A stretch of DNA of 32,000 bases from Flavobacteriaceae bacterium (GCA_965224465.1 OZ245049.1:3330001-3362000), one strand, 5' to 3'; numbered from the stretch's first letter, positions 1 to 11,440 are shown. The notes: a model not told the origin generated them from the sequence alone. Numbers and translations are program-made.

Positions 1-6
1 CAGTTT

Positions 7-3000
7 ATGAAATTTATATACCCCCGAATCATAGGTCTGTGCATATTCAATATGTTGGTCTTTAATGGATTAACAGCTCAGAATAGCTCAAATTTATGGA
101 CGAAAATTCAGTTATCTGAAAGAGCATCTTTGAATAGTACATCTAAAACGAGTGCTATATATGAATTAAACATAAAGGTGTTTTCCAATTATTTATCAAA
201 AAAAATTCTTAAAAGAGAATCGACAGAGAGGTCAAATCTTCGTATTTCTTTTCCAAATACTACGGGTGGCTTTGAAATATTCAGCATAAAAGAAGCGTCT
301 ATAATGCATCCAGATTTGCAAAAGAAATTTCCAAATATTCGTTCGTTTATTGGAGAGAGTGTTTCTGTAAAAGGGAATAGTATTCGATTTAGTTTTTCTA
401 AAATCGGAATGCATGCAATGATTTTTAGAGCAAATAAGAATATTGAATTAATCAATCCTATTCCTAAAAGCAATCGCTATGAAGTGTTGTCCAAAGCACA
501 GGCTACTTCTTCTAGTAGTTTTGAATGTTTTGTAGAGGATCGTCTTGTGAAACAAAGCAAGCAAGATGCCATTTCATATAGTCCTAATTTTGTGAACGAT
601 GCTGCTCTTAGGACATTTAGGTTGGCATTGGCTTGTACTCAGGAATATGCGAATTTTCATTTAACAAATCAGAGCATTCCGATTACTGCAACGGATGCTG
701 TGAAAAAAGAGGCTGTATTGGCAGCTATGAATAAAACAATGACACGTGTAAACGGGGTTTTTGAACGTGACGTTGCGTTGACCATGCAGCTGGTACCTAC
801 AGAAACAGCGCTTATTTTCTTAAAAGAAGACGATGGTTTTTCAAATAATAATGCCAGTAGTTTGGTCGAAGAGAGTCAAACGATTATTGATAATATAATA
901 GGTGTTGAAAATTACGATATTGGACATACATTAAGTACTGGAGGAGGTGGATTGGCATGGTTAAATTCTCCTTGTACTACAGCAAAAGCAAAGGGAATTA
1001 CCGGTAGTCCTTCTCCTATAGGTGATGCTTTTGATATTGATTATGTAGCGCACGAAATGGGACATCAATTTGGTGCAACCCATACTTTTAATGGAGAAGG
1101 TTTAGATTGCAATTCAGGAAATCGATCAATTGCTACTGCTGTAGAACCTGGTAGTGGTACTACTATTATGTCTTATGCTGGGATTTGTAGTCCTGTAAAT
1201 ACACAAATTCATGTAGATGCTTATTTTCATGCGGTGAGCATAGAACAGATGTATAAAAATATAACGGCTGGAAATAGTTCATGTGCCAATATAACTCAGA
1301 TAAACAATGCGGCTCCAGTGGTAGAGGCTGGTTTAAATTATACAATTCCTATAGGAACTCCATTTGCGTTGGAAGCGGTGGCTAGTGATGCTAATTCTGA
1401 TGTGCTAACCTATGCGTGGGCTCAACTGGATACGGGGTTGGTGAGTGATTTTCCTACTCCGTCTACAACGGTAGATGGTCCGCTGTTTCGCTCGTTTCCT
1501 CCCTCAGGAAATCCCATTCGGTATTTTCCTAAATTGGAAACTATTATAGCTGGGAATACGTCTTCTAAATGGGAAGTCTTGCCTACTGTTACACGTGATA
1601 TGAGTTTTGGTGTACTGGTGCGTGATAATAATATCTTGGGCGGTCAAACGGGTTATGATGCAACTACGATATCTGTATCAGCTACTTCAGGTCCTTTTAA
1701 AATAACGTCTCAAAACATATCGGAAACCTGGCAAGAAGGGGAATCAAAAACCATTATTTGGGATGTTGCAAAGACTACAGAAGCACCTGTGAGTTGTAGT
1801 CAAGTACATATATTACTGTCTTTGGATGGGGGGCATACTTTTCCGATTAGTCTGGCGCGAAATGTTCCAAACAACGGGTCTTATAATATTGTAGTTCCTA
1901 AAGAATCTACGTTCAATGCTCGTATAAAAATTGTAGCTGCAAACGGTATTTTTTATACTATGAATAGTGCTGATATCAGTATTCAAGCATCTGAATTTGT
2001 GATGGATTTTGTTAAAAACACAAAAGATGTTTGTGCAGGGGAATCTGTTAGTTTTAATTTTACATATAAAGCATTTTCTGGTTTTAATGAAGAGACTGTT
2101 TTTAGTGCAGAAAATGTGCCTGTCGGCTTGTCTGTTGTTTTTAATCCGAGTACAGCAAAAGTTTCTAATACGATTGTTGTGATGACCGTGACAGGAGCTA
2201 GTGAGGCTCTATTAGGGAGTCAAACTATAAATGTTCAAGGGAAGGCAAGCAGTACAACAAAGGCAACAAAAGTATTTATGAATATTTTTTCTACGACTAT
2301 AGAACCTCCTTTATTGACGCTTCCGGTGGATAAGAGCACAGCCTTAATAAATCCTGTTAAACTGTCTTGGGAGGTAACTGATAATGCTATTTCTTTTGAA
2401 TATGAAGTGAGCGATGATGCTACTTTTGCAAATGTGCTGAACACAGCTGTAATTTCAGAGAAGTCTGTGCTGCTTCCTAGTTTGATAAGTAATACCACTT
2501 ATTATTGGCGTGTAAAAACGTTGAATACTTGTGGAGAGAGTGTTTATTCTGTAGTGTCTCAGTTTAAAACTGCGGATGTAATATGTACAAAAACTGAATA
2601 TTTGGGAGCAGATGTTCCGATTCCAGATGATGACGCAATTGGTATAAGTTCGTTGATCGAAATAACGGAACAAATTAAAATTACAGACGTTAATGTAATA
2701 ATTAGTATTGATCATACTTGGGTAAGTGATTTATCAATTGTTTTGGTAGGACCAAATAATGTTCCTATAGAATTAGTAACCAACAAAGGAAGTGACGGAG
2801 ATAATTTCACTAAGACCATTTTTGATGATGAACAAAGTATTGGTATTGCTGAAGGAATTGCACCTTTTACGGGTTCTTTTAGGCCCTTAAAACCGCTGTC
2901 TGTTTTTGATGGATTGTCTTCTTTGGGGACGTGGACCTTGAAAATAAATGATGGAACAAGTGGTGATATAGGATCACTTAGGGATTGGGAGTTGGATATA

Positions 3001-3813
3001 TGTGGTTTGCTATTAGAAGATGCAGATGCTGATGGTGTAGAGGATGCAATTGATGATTGTCCTAACACGCCCCCAGGAGCAGACGTGAATGCCAAAGGCT
3101 GTTCTTTTAAATTAGCTGCGAATAATTTCACTATTGTATCTACTGGTGAAACATGTGCAGGGAAATTGAATGGAGTAATTGCTATTAGTACAAGGTCTAG
3201 CCACGGTTATTCTCTAACTATAGATGGAAGTACCTACGAATTTACGGATTCCATAGAAATCAATAAATTAAAGCCTAAAAGCTATGATTTTTGTATTCGA
3301 ATTCCTAATGAAGGGAATTACGAACAGTGTTTTTCTGTTGTTATTGAAGCTGGTGGTTCTTTGTCAGGGAAAGCTACATTTAGTAAAAAAACAAAAAAAG
3401 CAAGCGTTGAAGTACTTAGTGGGACACCACCTTTTAGTGTTTATGTTAATGATGCGTTTGTGCTTGAAAGTTTTAAAAAGGATATAAGTGTTGCCATTAA
3501 ACATGGCGATGTTTTGACAGTTAGATCTACTATTCCTTGTGAAGGTTCGTTTTCTAAACGATTTGAAATTTTTAATAAAATAACGGTATATCCTAATCCT
3601 ACAAGTTCGGTAGCTACCATTGTATTGTTTGAACATTTATTAACAAATGTCCCCGTAACTATTTATAATTCCAAAATGCAATTAGTGACTTCTCAGGATT
3701 GTCTTGTTGTGAATGGAGCTATAGAAGTAGATTTGTCTAGCTATCCAAGTGGAGTGTATGTGATAACTATAGCGGCCACTAAGCCAGTGACTGTTAAATT
3801 AATAAAAACGTAA
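7..3813 (+). CDS. Secreted zinc metalloprotease (metzincin, reprolysin/M12B-like) with a proprotein-convertase P-domain-like module and a T9SS type-A C-terminal sorting domain
   Basis: 1268-aa ORF with signal peptide MKFIYPRIIGLCIFNMLVFNGLTAQ. HExxHxxGxxH zinc motif HEMGHQFGATH at nt 1051-1083. P-domain-like stretch DHTWVSDLSIVLVGPNN...GTWTLKINDGTSGDIGSLRDWELDICG (~nt 2680-3003). Thrombospondin-type-3-like Asp-rich DADADGVEDAIDDCPNTP. C-terminal ITVYPNPTSS...GVYVITI...VKLIKT resembles Por_Secre_tail. Confidence 0.85.
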   Translation: MKFIYPRIIGLCIFNMLVFNGLTAQNSSNLWTKIQLSERASLNSTSKTSAIYELNIKVFSNYLSKKILKRESTERSNLRISFPNTTGGFEIFSIKEASIMHPDLQKKFPNIRSFIGESVSVKGNSIRFSFSKIGMHAMIFRANKNIELINPIPKSNRYEVLSKAQATSSSSFECFVEDRLVKQSKQDAISYSPNFVNDAALRTFRLALACTQEYANFHLTNQSIPITATDAVKKEAVLAAMNKTMTRVNGVFERDVALTMQLVPTETALIFLKEDDGFSNNNASSLVEESQTIIDNIIGVENYDIGHTLSTGGGGLAWLNSPCTTAKAKGITGSPSPIGDAFDIDYVAHEMGHQFGATHTFNGEGLDCNSGNRSIATAVEPGSGTTIMSYAGICSPVNTQIHVDAYFHAVSIEQMYKNITAGNSSCANITQINNAAPVVEAGLNYTIPIGTPFALEAVASDANSDVLTYAWAQLDTGLVSDFPTPSTTVDGPLFRSFPPSGNPIRYFPKLETIIAGNTSSKWEVLPTVTRDMSFGVLVRDNNILGGQTGYDATTISVSATSGPFKITSQNISETWQEGESKTIIWDVAKTTEAPVSCSQVHILLSLDGGHTFPISLARNVPNNGSYNIVVPKESTFNARIKIVAANGIFYTMNSADISIQASEFVMDFVKNTKDVCAGESVSFNFTYKAFSGFNEETVFSAENVPVGLSVVFNPSTAKVSNTIVVMTVTGASEALLGSQTINVQGKASSTTKATKVFMNIFSTTIEPPLLTLPVDKSTALINPVKLSWEVTDNAISFEYEVSDDATFANVLNTAVISEKSVLLPSLISNTTYYWRVKTLNTCGESVYSVVSQFKTADVICTKTEYLGADVPIPDDDAIGISSLIEITEQIKITDVNVIISIDHTWVSDLSIVLVGPNNVPIELVTNKGSDGDNFTKTIFDDEQSIGIAEGIAPFTGSFRPLKPLSVFDGLSSLGTWTLKINDGTSGDIGSLRDWELDICGLLLEDADADGVEDAIDDCPNTPPGADVNAKGCSFKLAANNFTIVSTGETCAGKLNGVIAISTRSSHGYSLTIDGSTYEFTDSIEINKLKPKSYDFCIRIPNEGNYEQCFSVVIEAGGSLSGKATFSKKTKKASVEVLSGTPPFSVYVNDAFVLESFKKDISVAIKHGDVLTVRSTIPCEGSFSKRFEIFNKITVYPNPTSSVATIVLFEHLLTNVPVTIYNSKMQLVTSQDCLVVNGAIEVDLSSYPSGVYVITIAATKPVTVKLIKT

Positions 3814-3819
3814 GATAAG

Positions 3820-4515
3820 ATGAAAAATTATATTATTATTATTATTATTATCGGTTTGTTTATAGGGCTTGTTTCTTGTGGTGGAGGTTCAAAAGTAAGT
3901 GAAGAGCCTATCAGTACTCCTCCATCTGTTCCGGGGTTAATTTACCCTGAAAGCAATATGTTGTGTATTAATAATGTGGTTACTTTTAATTGGAAAGCAT
4001 CAGTTGATCCAGAGGGGGATGCTGTGAAATACGAAATTCAAGTGTCTGATAATCGTAGCTTTTCTGAAATACTCCATACAGAGGTGCTTTCTGGTGTTTC
4101 TAAAACCTATTCCTTAGATAGAGGACTTGTTTATTATTGGAGAGTAAAAGCAATAGATGCTACAAATGCTTCTAGCAATTTTACAAATGTATATCAGTTC
4201 TATACCGAGGGTAAAGGAGTGGTAAATTACATTCCGTTTTTACCTAGTTTAGTAAGCCCTAATTTAACCGATGTTATTAGTACGCAAACCGTTACTTTAG
4301 AATGGTTGGCAAGTGACGTAGATGTAAATGATACGTTGGTGTATGATATTTATTTTGGATCGGATCCTAGTCCTGCTATAATTGAGGTGAACCATCCGTC
4401 TAAGAGTTATTCTGTTCCTGTTTTACCTTCCAAAACTTATTTTTGGCGCATAGTGGTAAAAGACAATGCAGGTGGTAAATCTATCGGAAAAACATGGTTG
4501 TTTAAGACAGATTAA
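3820..4515 (+). CDS. Lipoprotein with two FN3-like modules; probably co-transcribed with the protease (6-nt gap)
   Basis: 231-aa ORF. Signal peptide with lipobox-like LVSC followed by GGGS. Two ~90-aa modules ending in YYWRVKA / YFWRIVVKD, like the module YYWRVKT in the upstream protease. Confidence 0.7.
   Translation: MKNYIIIIIIIGLFIGLVSCGGGSKVSEEPISTPPSVPGLIYPESNMLCINNVVTFNWKASVDPEGDAVKYEIQVSDNRSFSEILHTEVLSGVSKTYSLDRGLVYYWRVKAIDATNASSNFTNVYQFYTEGKGVVNYIPFLPSLVSPNLTDVISTQTVTLEWLASDVDVNDTLVYDIYFGSDPSPAIIEVNHPSKSYSVPVLPSKTYFWRIVVKDNAGGKSIGKTWLFKTD
3832..3849 (+). repeat. (ATT)6 in-frame trinucleotide repeat encoding a poly-Ile signal-peptide core
   Basis: tat att att att att att att atc encodes MKNYIIIIIIIG. 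Confidence 0.9.
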
Positions 4516-4610
4516 TAATAGTTTAATCCTATTTTTAAAAATTAAGAAACATAAACACTTGTTTATGTTGGTGTTTAAAATTATTTCAGGAAACATACAA
4601 ATCAAAAAAG

Positions 4611-4636
4611 AAGCCTTTATATAAGGGCTTTTTTAA
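4611..4636 (+). terminator. Rho-independent terminator after the protease/lipoprotein pair
   Basis: aagccttt-atat-aagggctt forms an 8-bp stem (one G-U pair) with a 4-nt loop, followed by a T-run. An A-run upstream could let it work bidirectionally. Confidence 0.6.
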
Positions 4637-5449
4637 TTTAGGATGTCTCTTATTAAAAGAGAATGTTAAAAACTATGCATTTCTTTTTAACATCGAATTT
4701 ATTGTTCTTGCTTTTGAACATATATTAATCTCTCAATAATTAATTCCTGCTTTTTTAAGAAATACATTCAATTAAATAAGGCAGTATTATGTGTAACTTC
4801 CCGCGTATTAGTTGTTTACGACTTTAAATTATGTATTTCAAGCCATACCTTCTTATGAATTAGTGTGTTCTATTTGTATATTTATATTCAGGAAGTGTTA
4901 CTTTTCAGTTGCCTTATCATCTATAATACCAAATACATTTCCAAGTGACGGTTTAGAAATGGAATTATTTTTTGTTTTAGCTAGGTGAAAAACGGATAGA
5001 TAGCCTTAGTTATCGTTCTGTTTTAACAATGTTAGAACGTGAAATTAACTATTTACATCGTTCATTTTGGATTGTAATTGGTGTTTATACTGTTTTTTTG
5101 TAATGATTCGGAAGACTAAAAATTAATTGAGATGGTTTTTCGGTACTCCAGGATGTGTTTTTTTTGTTCGTACGTGTAATTGGTATAAATCACAAAGGTT
5201 GTAGGTTTTATATATATTGGTTAATTATAAAGCTGCGTATTATCAGTGGATTGTTGTTTCATTTGATTGTATATACTTATACAAACCATTAACGAATGTA
5301 AATAGTGTAATTATTTAACAAAACTCATAGTGAATAATCAGATAAATAACACATTACGGTATAATAAATGATAAAAAACACCAAAATTTTATGATAAGTT
5401 AAAAAAAATTGTATTTTGCAACGTTGTTAATTAAATATCTAAAAACATT

Positions 5450-8218
5450 ATGAAAAATTTTTTGAGTATTGTTTTTGCTTTTTTAATTGGTTCGGTAATG
5501 GTTGCTCAGACAACTATTTCAGGAACGGTTACAGAAGCAAAATCAGGGCAGCCTATTCCAGGCGCTAACATTAAGGTGGTTGGAAAATCGCTAGGGACTA
5601 CGACAGATTTTGACGGGAATTTTACGTTTAAACTTCATTTAGAGCCACCTTTCAAAGTGGAGTCATCCTTAATTGGGTATGCTGTTCAGACGATTCAAGT
5701 TTCGAAAAATAATCAAAAGGTACATTTTAAATTAAAAGAACTCGCAACTGCCTTGGATGAAGTTGTGGTATCAGCTTCACGAACACCTGAACGTATTTTA
5801 GAATCTCCTGTTACCATTGAAAGAATGGATGCTAGAGCTATAAAAAACACAGCTTCAGCATCATTTTATGATGGGTTGGAAAATTTAAAAGGAGTGGACG
5901 TAAATACGAGTAGTTTAACGTTTAAATCTATTAATACAAGAGGGTTTGCTGCGTTTTCAAATAACCGTTTTGTTCAGTTAGTGGATGGAATGGATAATTC
6001 GTCCCCTGCATTGAACTTTGTATTAGGAAATTTGTTAGGCTTGTCTGAATTGGATGTAAAATCGGTAGAATTATTACCTGGAGCATCTTCTGCATTATAT
6101 GGAGCCAATGCTTTTAATGGTATTTTATTTATGACAAGTAAGAATCCGTTTGATCATGCAGGGATTAGTGCCTATGTGAAAACGGGGATTACTTCTCAAA
6201 AAGAAGCTGGTGACAATCAATTTTACGATGTTGGTATTCGTTTAGCATATAGATTTAGTGATAAATTCGCTGCAAAAGCCGTGATTTCTTATTTAGATGG
6301 GACGGAGTGGTATGCGACTAATTATGAAGATTTTTCGAATTATGGTGCTACGCGATCCAATCCAGGGTATGATGGTTTAAATGTCTATGGAGATGAGGTA
6401 TCTACCTTATTAAATTTTGATACGTTGTCTGGTTTGCCTGCAGGGACTTTAGGGGCTGCTACAGTTTCCCGTACTGGTTATAATGAAGTTGATATTATGG
6501 ACTATAATGCACGCTCTTTAAAAACAGGTTTTTCTTTTCACTATAGACCTATGGCAGATGATTTAGAAATAAGTTATGTTGCTAAAATTGGACAAGGTAA
6601 TACTATTTATCAAGGAGCAAATAGGTATGCATTGGATCGGTTTTTTATGCAACAGCATAAAATTGAAGTTTCCAGTGACCATTTCTTTGTAAGAGCATAT
6701 ATGACAGATGAAGATGCAGGAAATTCTTTCGATTCTAGATTTGCAGCTATAAACATCAATAGAAGTTGGAAGCGGGATGCTCCAAATCCATCCAATCCAT
6801 TAGAGGCTTCTTGGTTTGGTGATTATGCCGCAACCTATATCGGAGCCGTATTGTATCAAGGAGCAACCAAAGATCAGGCACATATTGCTGCGAGGCTTAA
6901 AGCCGATGAAGGAAGATTACTACCAGGAACAGCTGCTTTTAAAGCGGCATTGGATAGGGTGAGGAATGACGGTAATTTGGCTACAGGTGCAAAATTTATT
7001 GATCGCACCAAATTATACCATTCAGATGCGAATTATAATTTCAGCCATTTAATTGATATTGCTGATATTCAGATTGGAGGATCATGGAGACAGTATTCAT
7101 TGAATTCTGAAGGAACAATATTTACAGATTATGATGGGCCAATAGAATATAGTGAATATGGCGCTTACATGCAAGTACAAAAGAAATTTATAAATGATCG
7201 GTTGAAATTTACTGGATCTTTACGCTATGATGAGGCACAAAACTTTGAAGGGCATCTGTCACCGAGATTATCATTGTCTTATTCCTTAGGGAAAGAAAAG
7301 ACGCGTAATTTAAGAGCGTCTTTTCAAACAGGATTTAGGTATCCTACAACCCAAGATCAATATATAGGTTTAGATGCAGGACGTGCTATTTTAGTAGGTT
7401 CAGCACCAGATAATTTGGCGAGATATACTTCGAGACCTTTAAGTATTAGTAATTCTGGTCAAGCAGCAGGTTTTCCGTCAACAGTGCAATTGACAGGAGA
7501 AGATGCGTATAATAATTCGTATACTTTAAATTCTGTATTGGCAGGAGCTCCTGTGGTATCCCAATTCGGTTTTGTGAAGCCAGAAAAAGTGACGGCGTAC
7601 GAAGTTGGCTATAGAGCAAAATTTGGGAGAGTAGCCTTGGATATGAGTGGGTATTATAACAAATTTGAGGATTTTATTGGGAATACGACTGTATTGGCAC
7701 CAAAATATGGGAAAGTGGGTGAACCAACATCCTACCTTGCCTTGGCAAATGGAGATTACCAAGCGTTCCAATTGTACACAAATTCAAAAGCATCTATATC
7801 TTCGTATGGAGGTACTGTTGGAGCTGATGCCAAAATTTTTGGAGATTTTGCAATTGCTTTAAATTATACCTTGTCTAAATTTGATTTTGATCAATCTTCA
7901 GATCCAGATTATGAAGCATCATTTAATACTCCAGAGCACAAGGTTAAGTTCTCGTTTGGGAATCCACATTTATTTAAAAACTTTGGATTTAACTTGAATC
8001 TTCGTTGGAATGATGAGTATTTATGGCAGTCTACTTTTGCGGATGCTATTATACCTGCGAATACTGTTTTTGATGCACAAATCAATTATGCCTTTCCAAA
8101 ATGGAAGTCAAGAGTAAAATTGGGAGGTGCAAATATAGGAGGTAATGAGTATATGAGTGCTCCTGGAGTTGGAAGTATCGGTTCTCAGTATTATGTTTCT
8201 TGGACAATTAATCCTTAA
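5450..8218 (+). CDS. TonB-dependent outer-membrane receptor (not SusC/SusD type)
   Basis: 922-aa ORF with a signal peptide. Carboxypeptidase-regulatory-like N-domain (TISGTVTEAKSGQPIPGANIKVVG...TTTDFDGNFTF). Plug motifs (VVVSASRTPERILESPVTIERMD; LPGASSALYGANAFNGIL). Long beta-barrel-like remainder. No SusD-like gene follows. Confidence 0.9.
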   Translation: MKNFLSIVFAFLIGSVMVAQTTISGTVTEAKSGQPIPGANIKVVGKSLGTTTDFDGNFTFKLHLEPPFKVESSLIGYAVQTIQVSKNNQKVHFKLKELATALDEVVVSASRTPERILESPVTIERMDARAIKNTASASFYDGLENLKGVDVNTSSLTFKSINTRGFAAFSNNRFVQLVDGMDNSSPALNFVLGNLLGLSELDVKSVELLPGASSALYGANAFNGILFMTSKNPFDHAGISAYVKTGITSQKEAGDNQFYDVGIRLAYRFSDKFAAKAVISYLDGTEWYATNYEDFSNYGATRSNPGYDGLNVYGDEVSTLLNFDTLSGLPAGTLGAATVSRTGYNEVDIMDYNARSLKTGFSFHYRPMADDLEISYVAKIGQGNTIYQGANRYALDRFFMQQHKIEVSSDHFFVRAYMTDEDAGNSFDSRFAAININRSWKRDAPNPSNPLEASWFGDYAATYIGAVLYQGATKDQAHIAARLKADEGRLLPGTAAFKAALDRVRNDGNLATGAKFIDRTKLYHSDANYNFSHLIDIADIQIGGSWRQYSLNSEGTIFTDYDGPIEYSEYGAYMQVQKKFINDRLKFTGSLRYDEAQNFEGHLSPRLSLSYSLGKEKTRNLRASFQTGFRYPTTQDQYIGLDAGRAILVGSAPDNLARYTSRPLSISNSGQAAGFPSTVQLTGEDAYNNSYTLNSVLAGAPVVSQFGFVKPEKVTAYEVGYRAKFGRVALDMSGYYNKFEDFIGNTTVLAPKYGKVGEPTSYLALANGDYQAFQLYTNSKASISSYGGTVGADAKIFGDFAIALNYTLSKFDFDQSSDPDYEASFNTPEHKVKFSFGNPHLFKNFGFNLNLRWNDEYLWQSTFADAIIPANTVFDAQINYAFPKWKSRVKLGGANIGGNEYMSAPGVGSIGSQYYVSWTINP

Positions 8219-8229
8219 AAATTTACAAA

Positions 8230-9744
8230 ATGAAAAAAATATCAATAGTAATAATAGCACTATGTGCCTTGACGTTTGTAAGGTGTGACGATGATGATTA
8301 TATCGTATTACCAAAAACAGTAGATAAAGGAGATCCTAAAGTAGATAAGACGGAATATACGAGTGGAGATGCAGATTTTTCAACCTTTGTAAGTGTAGGG
8401 AATTCTTTAACTGCGGGCTATTCTGACGGAGCTTTGTTTGTGTCAGGACAAAAAACATCTTTTCCAAACATCTTGGCAACACAGTTTGCTATGGCCGGAG
8501 GGGGTGCGTTTAAGCAGCCTTTAATGAATGATGATTTAGGAGGGTTGTTGTTAGGAGGAACTCAAATTACTTCAAATAGGTTGTATTTGAAATTTGTTGC
8601 TGGTTCAAGTCCTATCCCAACACCAGTATCTGGAACACCAAGTACAGAGGTTTCTACGGTATTGCAAGGGCCGTTTAATAATATGGGAGTTCCTGGAGCT
8701 AAGAGCTTTCACTTAGGTTTTTCTGGTTATGGGACTGTTGCGGGTGTAGGAAGTTATGCAAATCCATATTATGTGAGAATGGCAAGTAGTCCCGGGGCTA
8801 CCGTAATAGAGGATGCAATGGCGCAAAGTCCTACGTTTTTTTCTTTGTGGATAGGGAACAATGATGTGTTAAAATACGCTGTTTCTGGTGGCGACGGAAT
8901 CGATCAAAAAGGGAATGTTGACCCAAGCTCCTATGGTGGAAATGACATTACAGATCCAAATGTATTTGGATCCGTATTTGACAGCTTATTGGATGCCTTA
9001 ACCTCTAGTGGTGCAAAAGGAGTGGTAGCAACGATTCCTAAAGTGACAAGTATCCCATATTTAACAACAGTTCCGTACAATGCAATTCCTTTGGATGCAG
9101 CTACAGCGACGATGTTAAATAAGGCTTTTGCTGCCTATAATGGAGGATTGCAATATATGGTGGATAAGACGCCTTATTTAACCCAAGCGGAAGCGGATCA
9201 GAGAATGGTTTCTTTTGTTGTAGGGCAAAACCCTGTGTTGATTTTAGATGAAGATTTGACAGATTTAACGGTGTATAATTCCGCGTTGACAAATATGAGA
9301 CAGGCTACCGAAGAGGATTTATTAGTGTTGCCTTCTCGTAGTTTTTTAGGGACTACAGTGGGAGGGAATCCACAATTGATAAATGGTGTTTCTGTTCCAT
9401 TGGCTGATAAATGGGTGTTAACCCCAGAAGAGCAAAAAAGTGTAACTACTGCTCAGGAGGCTTATAATAAAATGATTGTTGCCCTCGCAGCGAAACATAA
9501 TCTAGCCTTGTTTGATGCTGCAAGTTTGTTGACAACTCTAATCGAAAGTGGGATTACTCAAAATGGAATTACGACTACTGGTGTGTATGCGACAGGTGGA
9601 GGTTTCTCTTTGGATGGCGTGCATCCATCCCCAAGAGGATATGCAATTATGGCCAATGGAATGATAGATGCAATCAATTCAAAATATCAATCCAATGTGT
9701 CTAAAGTTGATATTGGTAAATATAAAGGTCTATACATCGAGTAA
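8230..9744 (+). CDS. SGNH/GDSL-family hydrolase lipoprotein
   Basis: 504-aa ORF. Lipoprotein signal ALCALTFVRC. SGNH block I VSVGNSLTAGYSDG, block III LWIGNNDV, block V DGVHPSPRGY. Starts 11 nt after the receptor stop. Confidence 0.8.
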   Translation: MKKISIVIIALCALTFVRCDDDDYIVLPKTVDKGDPKVDKTEYTSGDADFSTFVSVGNSLTAGYSDGALFVSGQKTSFPNILATQFAMAGGGAFKQPLMNDDLGGLLLGGTQITSNRLYLKFVAGSSPIPTPVSGTPSTEVSTVLQGPFNNMGVPGAKSFHLGFSGYGTVAGVGSYANPYYVRMASSPGATVIEDAMAQSPTFFSLWIGNNDVLKYAVSGGDGIDQKGNVDPSSYGGNDITDPNVFGSVFDSLLDALTSSGAKGVVATIPKVTSIPYLTTVPYNAIPLDAATATMLNKAFAAYNGGLQYMVDKTPYLTQAEADQRMVSFVVGQNPVLILDEDLTDLTVYNSALTNMRQATEEDLLVLPSRSFLGTTVGGNPQLINGVSVPLADKWVLTPEEQKSVTTAQEAYNKMIVALAAKHNLALFDAASLLTTLIESGITQNGITTTGVYATGGGFSLDGVHPSPRGYAIMANGMIDAINSKYQSNVSKVDIGKYKGLYIE

Positions 9745-9784
9745 GAATTAGATTTTTCTTGAGAATACCCTAATAAAACCTAGG

Positions 9785-9821
9785 AAAACAAGCACCTTTT
9801 TTAAATAAGGTGCTTGTTTTA
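9785..9821 (+). terminator. Rho-independent terminator after the SGNH gene
   Basis: acaagcacc / ggtgcttgt forms a perfect 9-bp stem, extended by A/T pairs, with a 12-nt loop and trailing Ts. Confidence 0.65.
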
Positions 9822-9862
9822 TAAAAAAACAGTTTTTTATAAAATTATTAAATCAAAAAAAT

Positions 9863-9870
9863 TATCTTTG
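9863..9870 (+). promoter_or_regulatory. Bacteroidota -7 promoter box (TAnnTTTG) for atpDC
   Basis: TATCTTTG is a perfect match to the consensus, 62 nt upstream of the atpD ATG and downstream of the preceding terminator. Confidence 0.45.
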
Positions 9871-9919
9871 CAGCTTAAATGGGAGAAATCCAGATTGAAA
9901 TTAAATAACTAAACAATAA

Positions 9920-11440
<1,521 letters not shown>

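Noticed and set aside
189-3636. Track ORFs nested in the protease gene: minus strand 189..473, 232..414, 2235..2498, 2455..2715, 2712..3131, 3364..3636, and plus strand 3284..3487
   Set aside because: All lie wholly inside a 1268-aa ORF with clear catalytic and sorting motifs. Their translations are low-complexity or Cys/Phe/Ile-rich with no motifs. This is typical of shadow frames in AT-rich coding DNA.
4423-4605. 60-aa minus-strand ORF overlapping the lipoprotein 3' end
   Set aside because: It overlaps a supported CDS and a hairpin and has no start context or motifs.
5300-5449. Riboswitch or promoter box upstream of the TonB-dependent receptor
   Set aside because: I saw no conserved riboswitch core (no B12 box or TPP-type motif) and the region is almost devoid of G+C-rich helices. 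The nearest promoter-like string, gtattttgc, is one T short of TAnnTTTG, so I did not call it.
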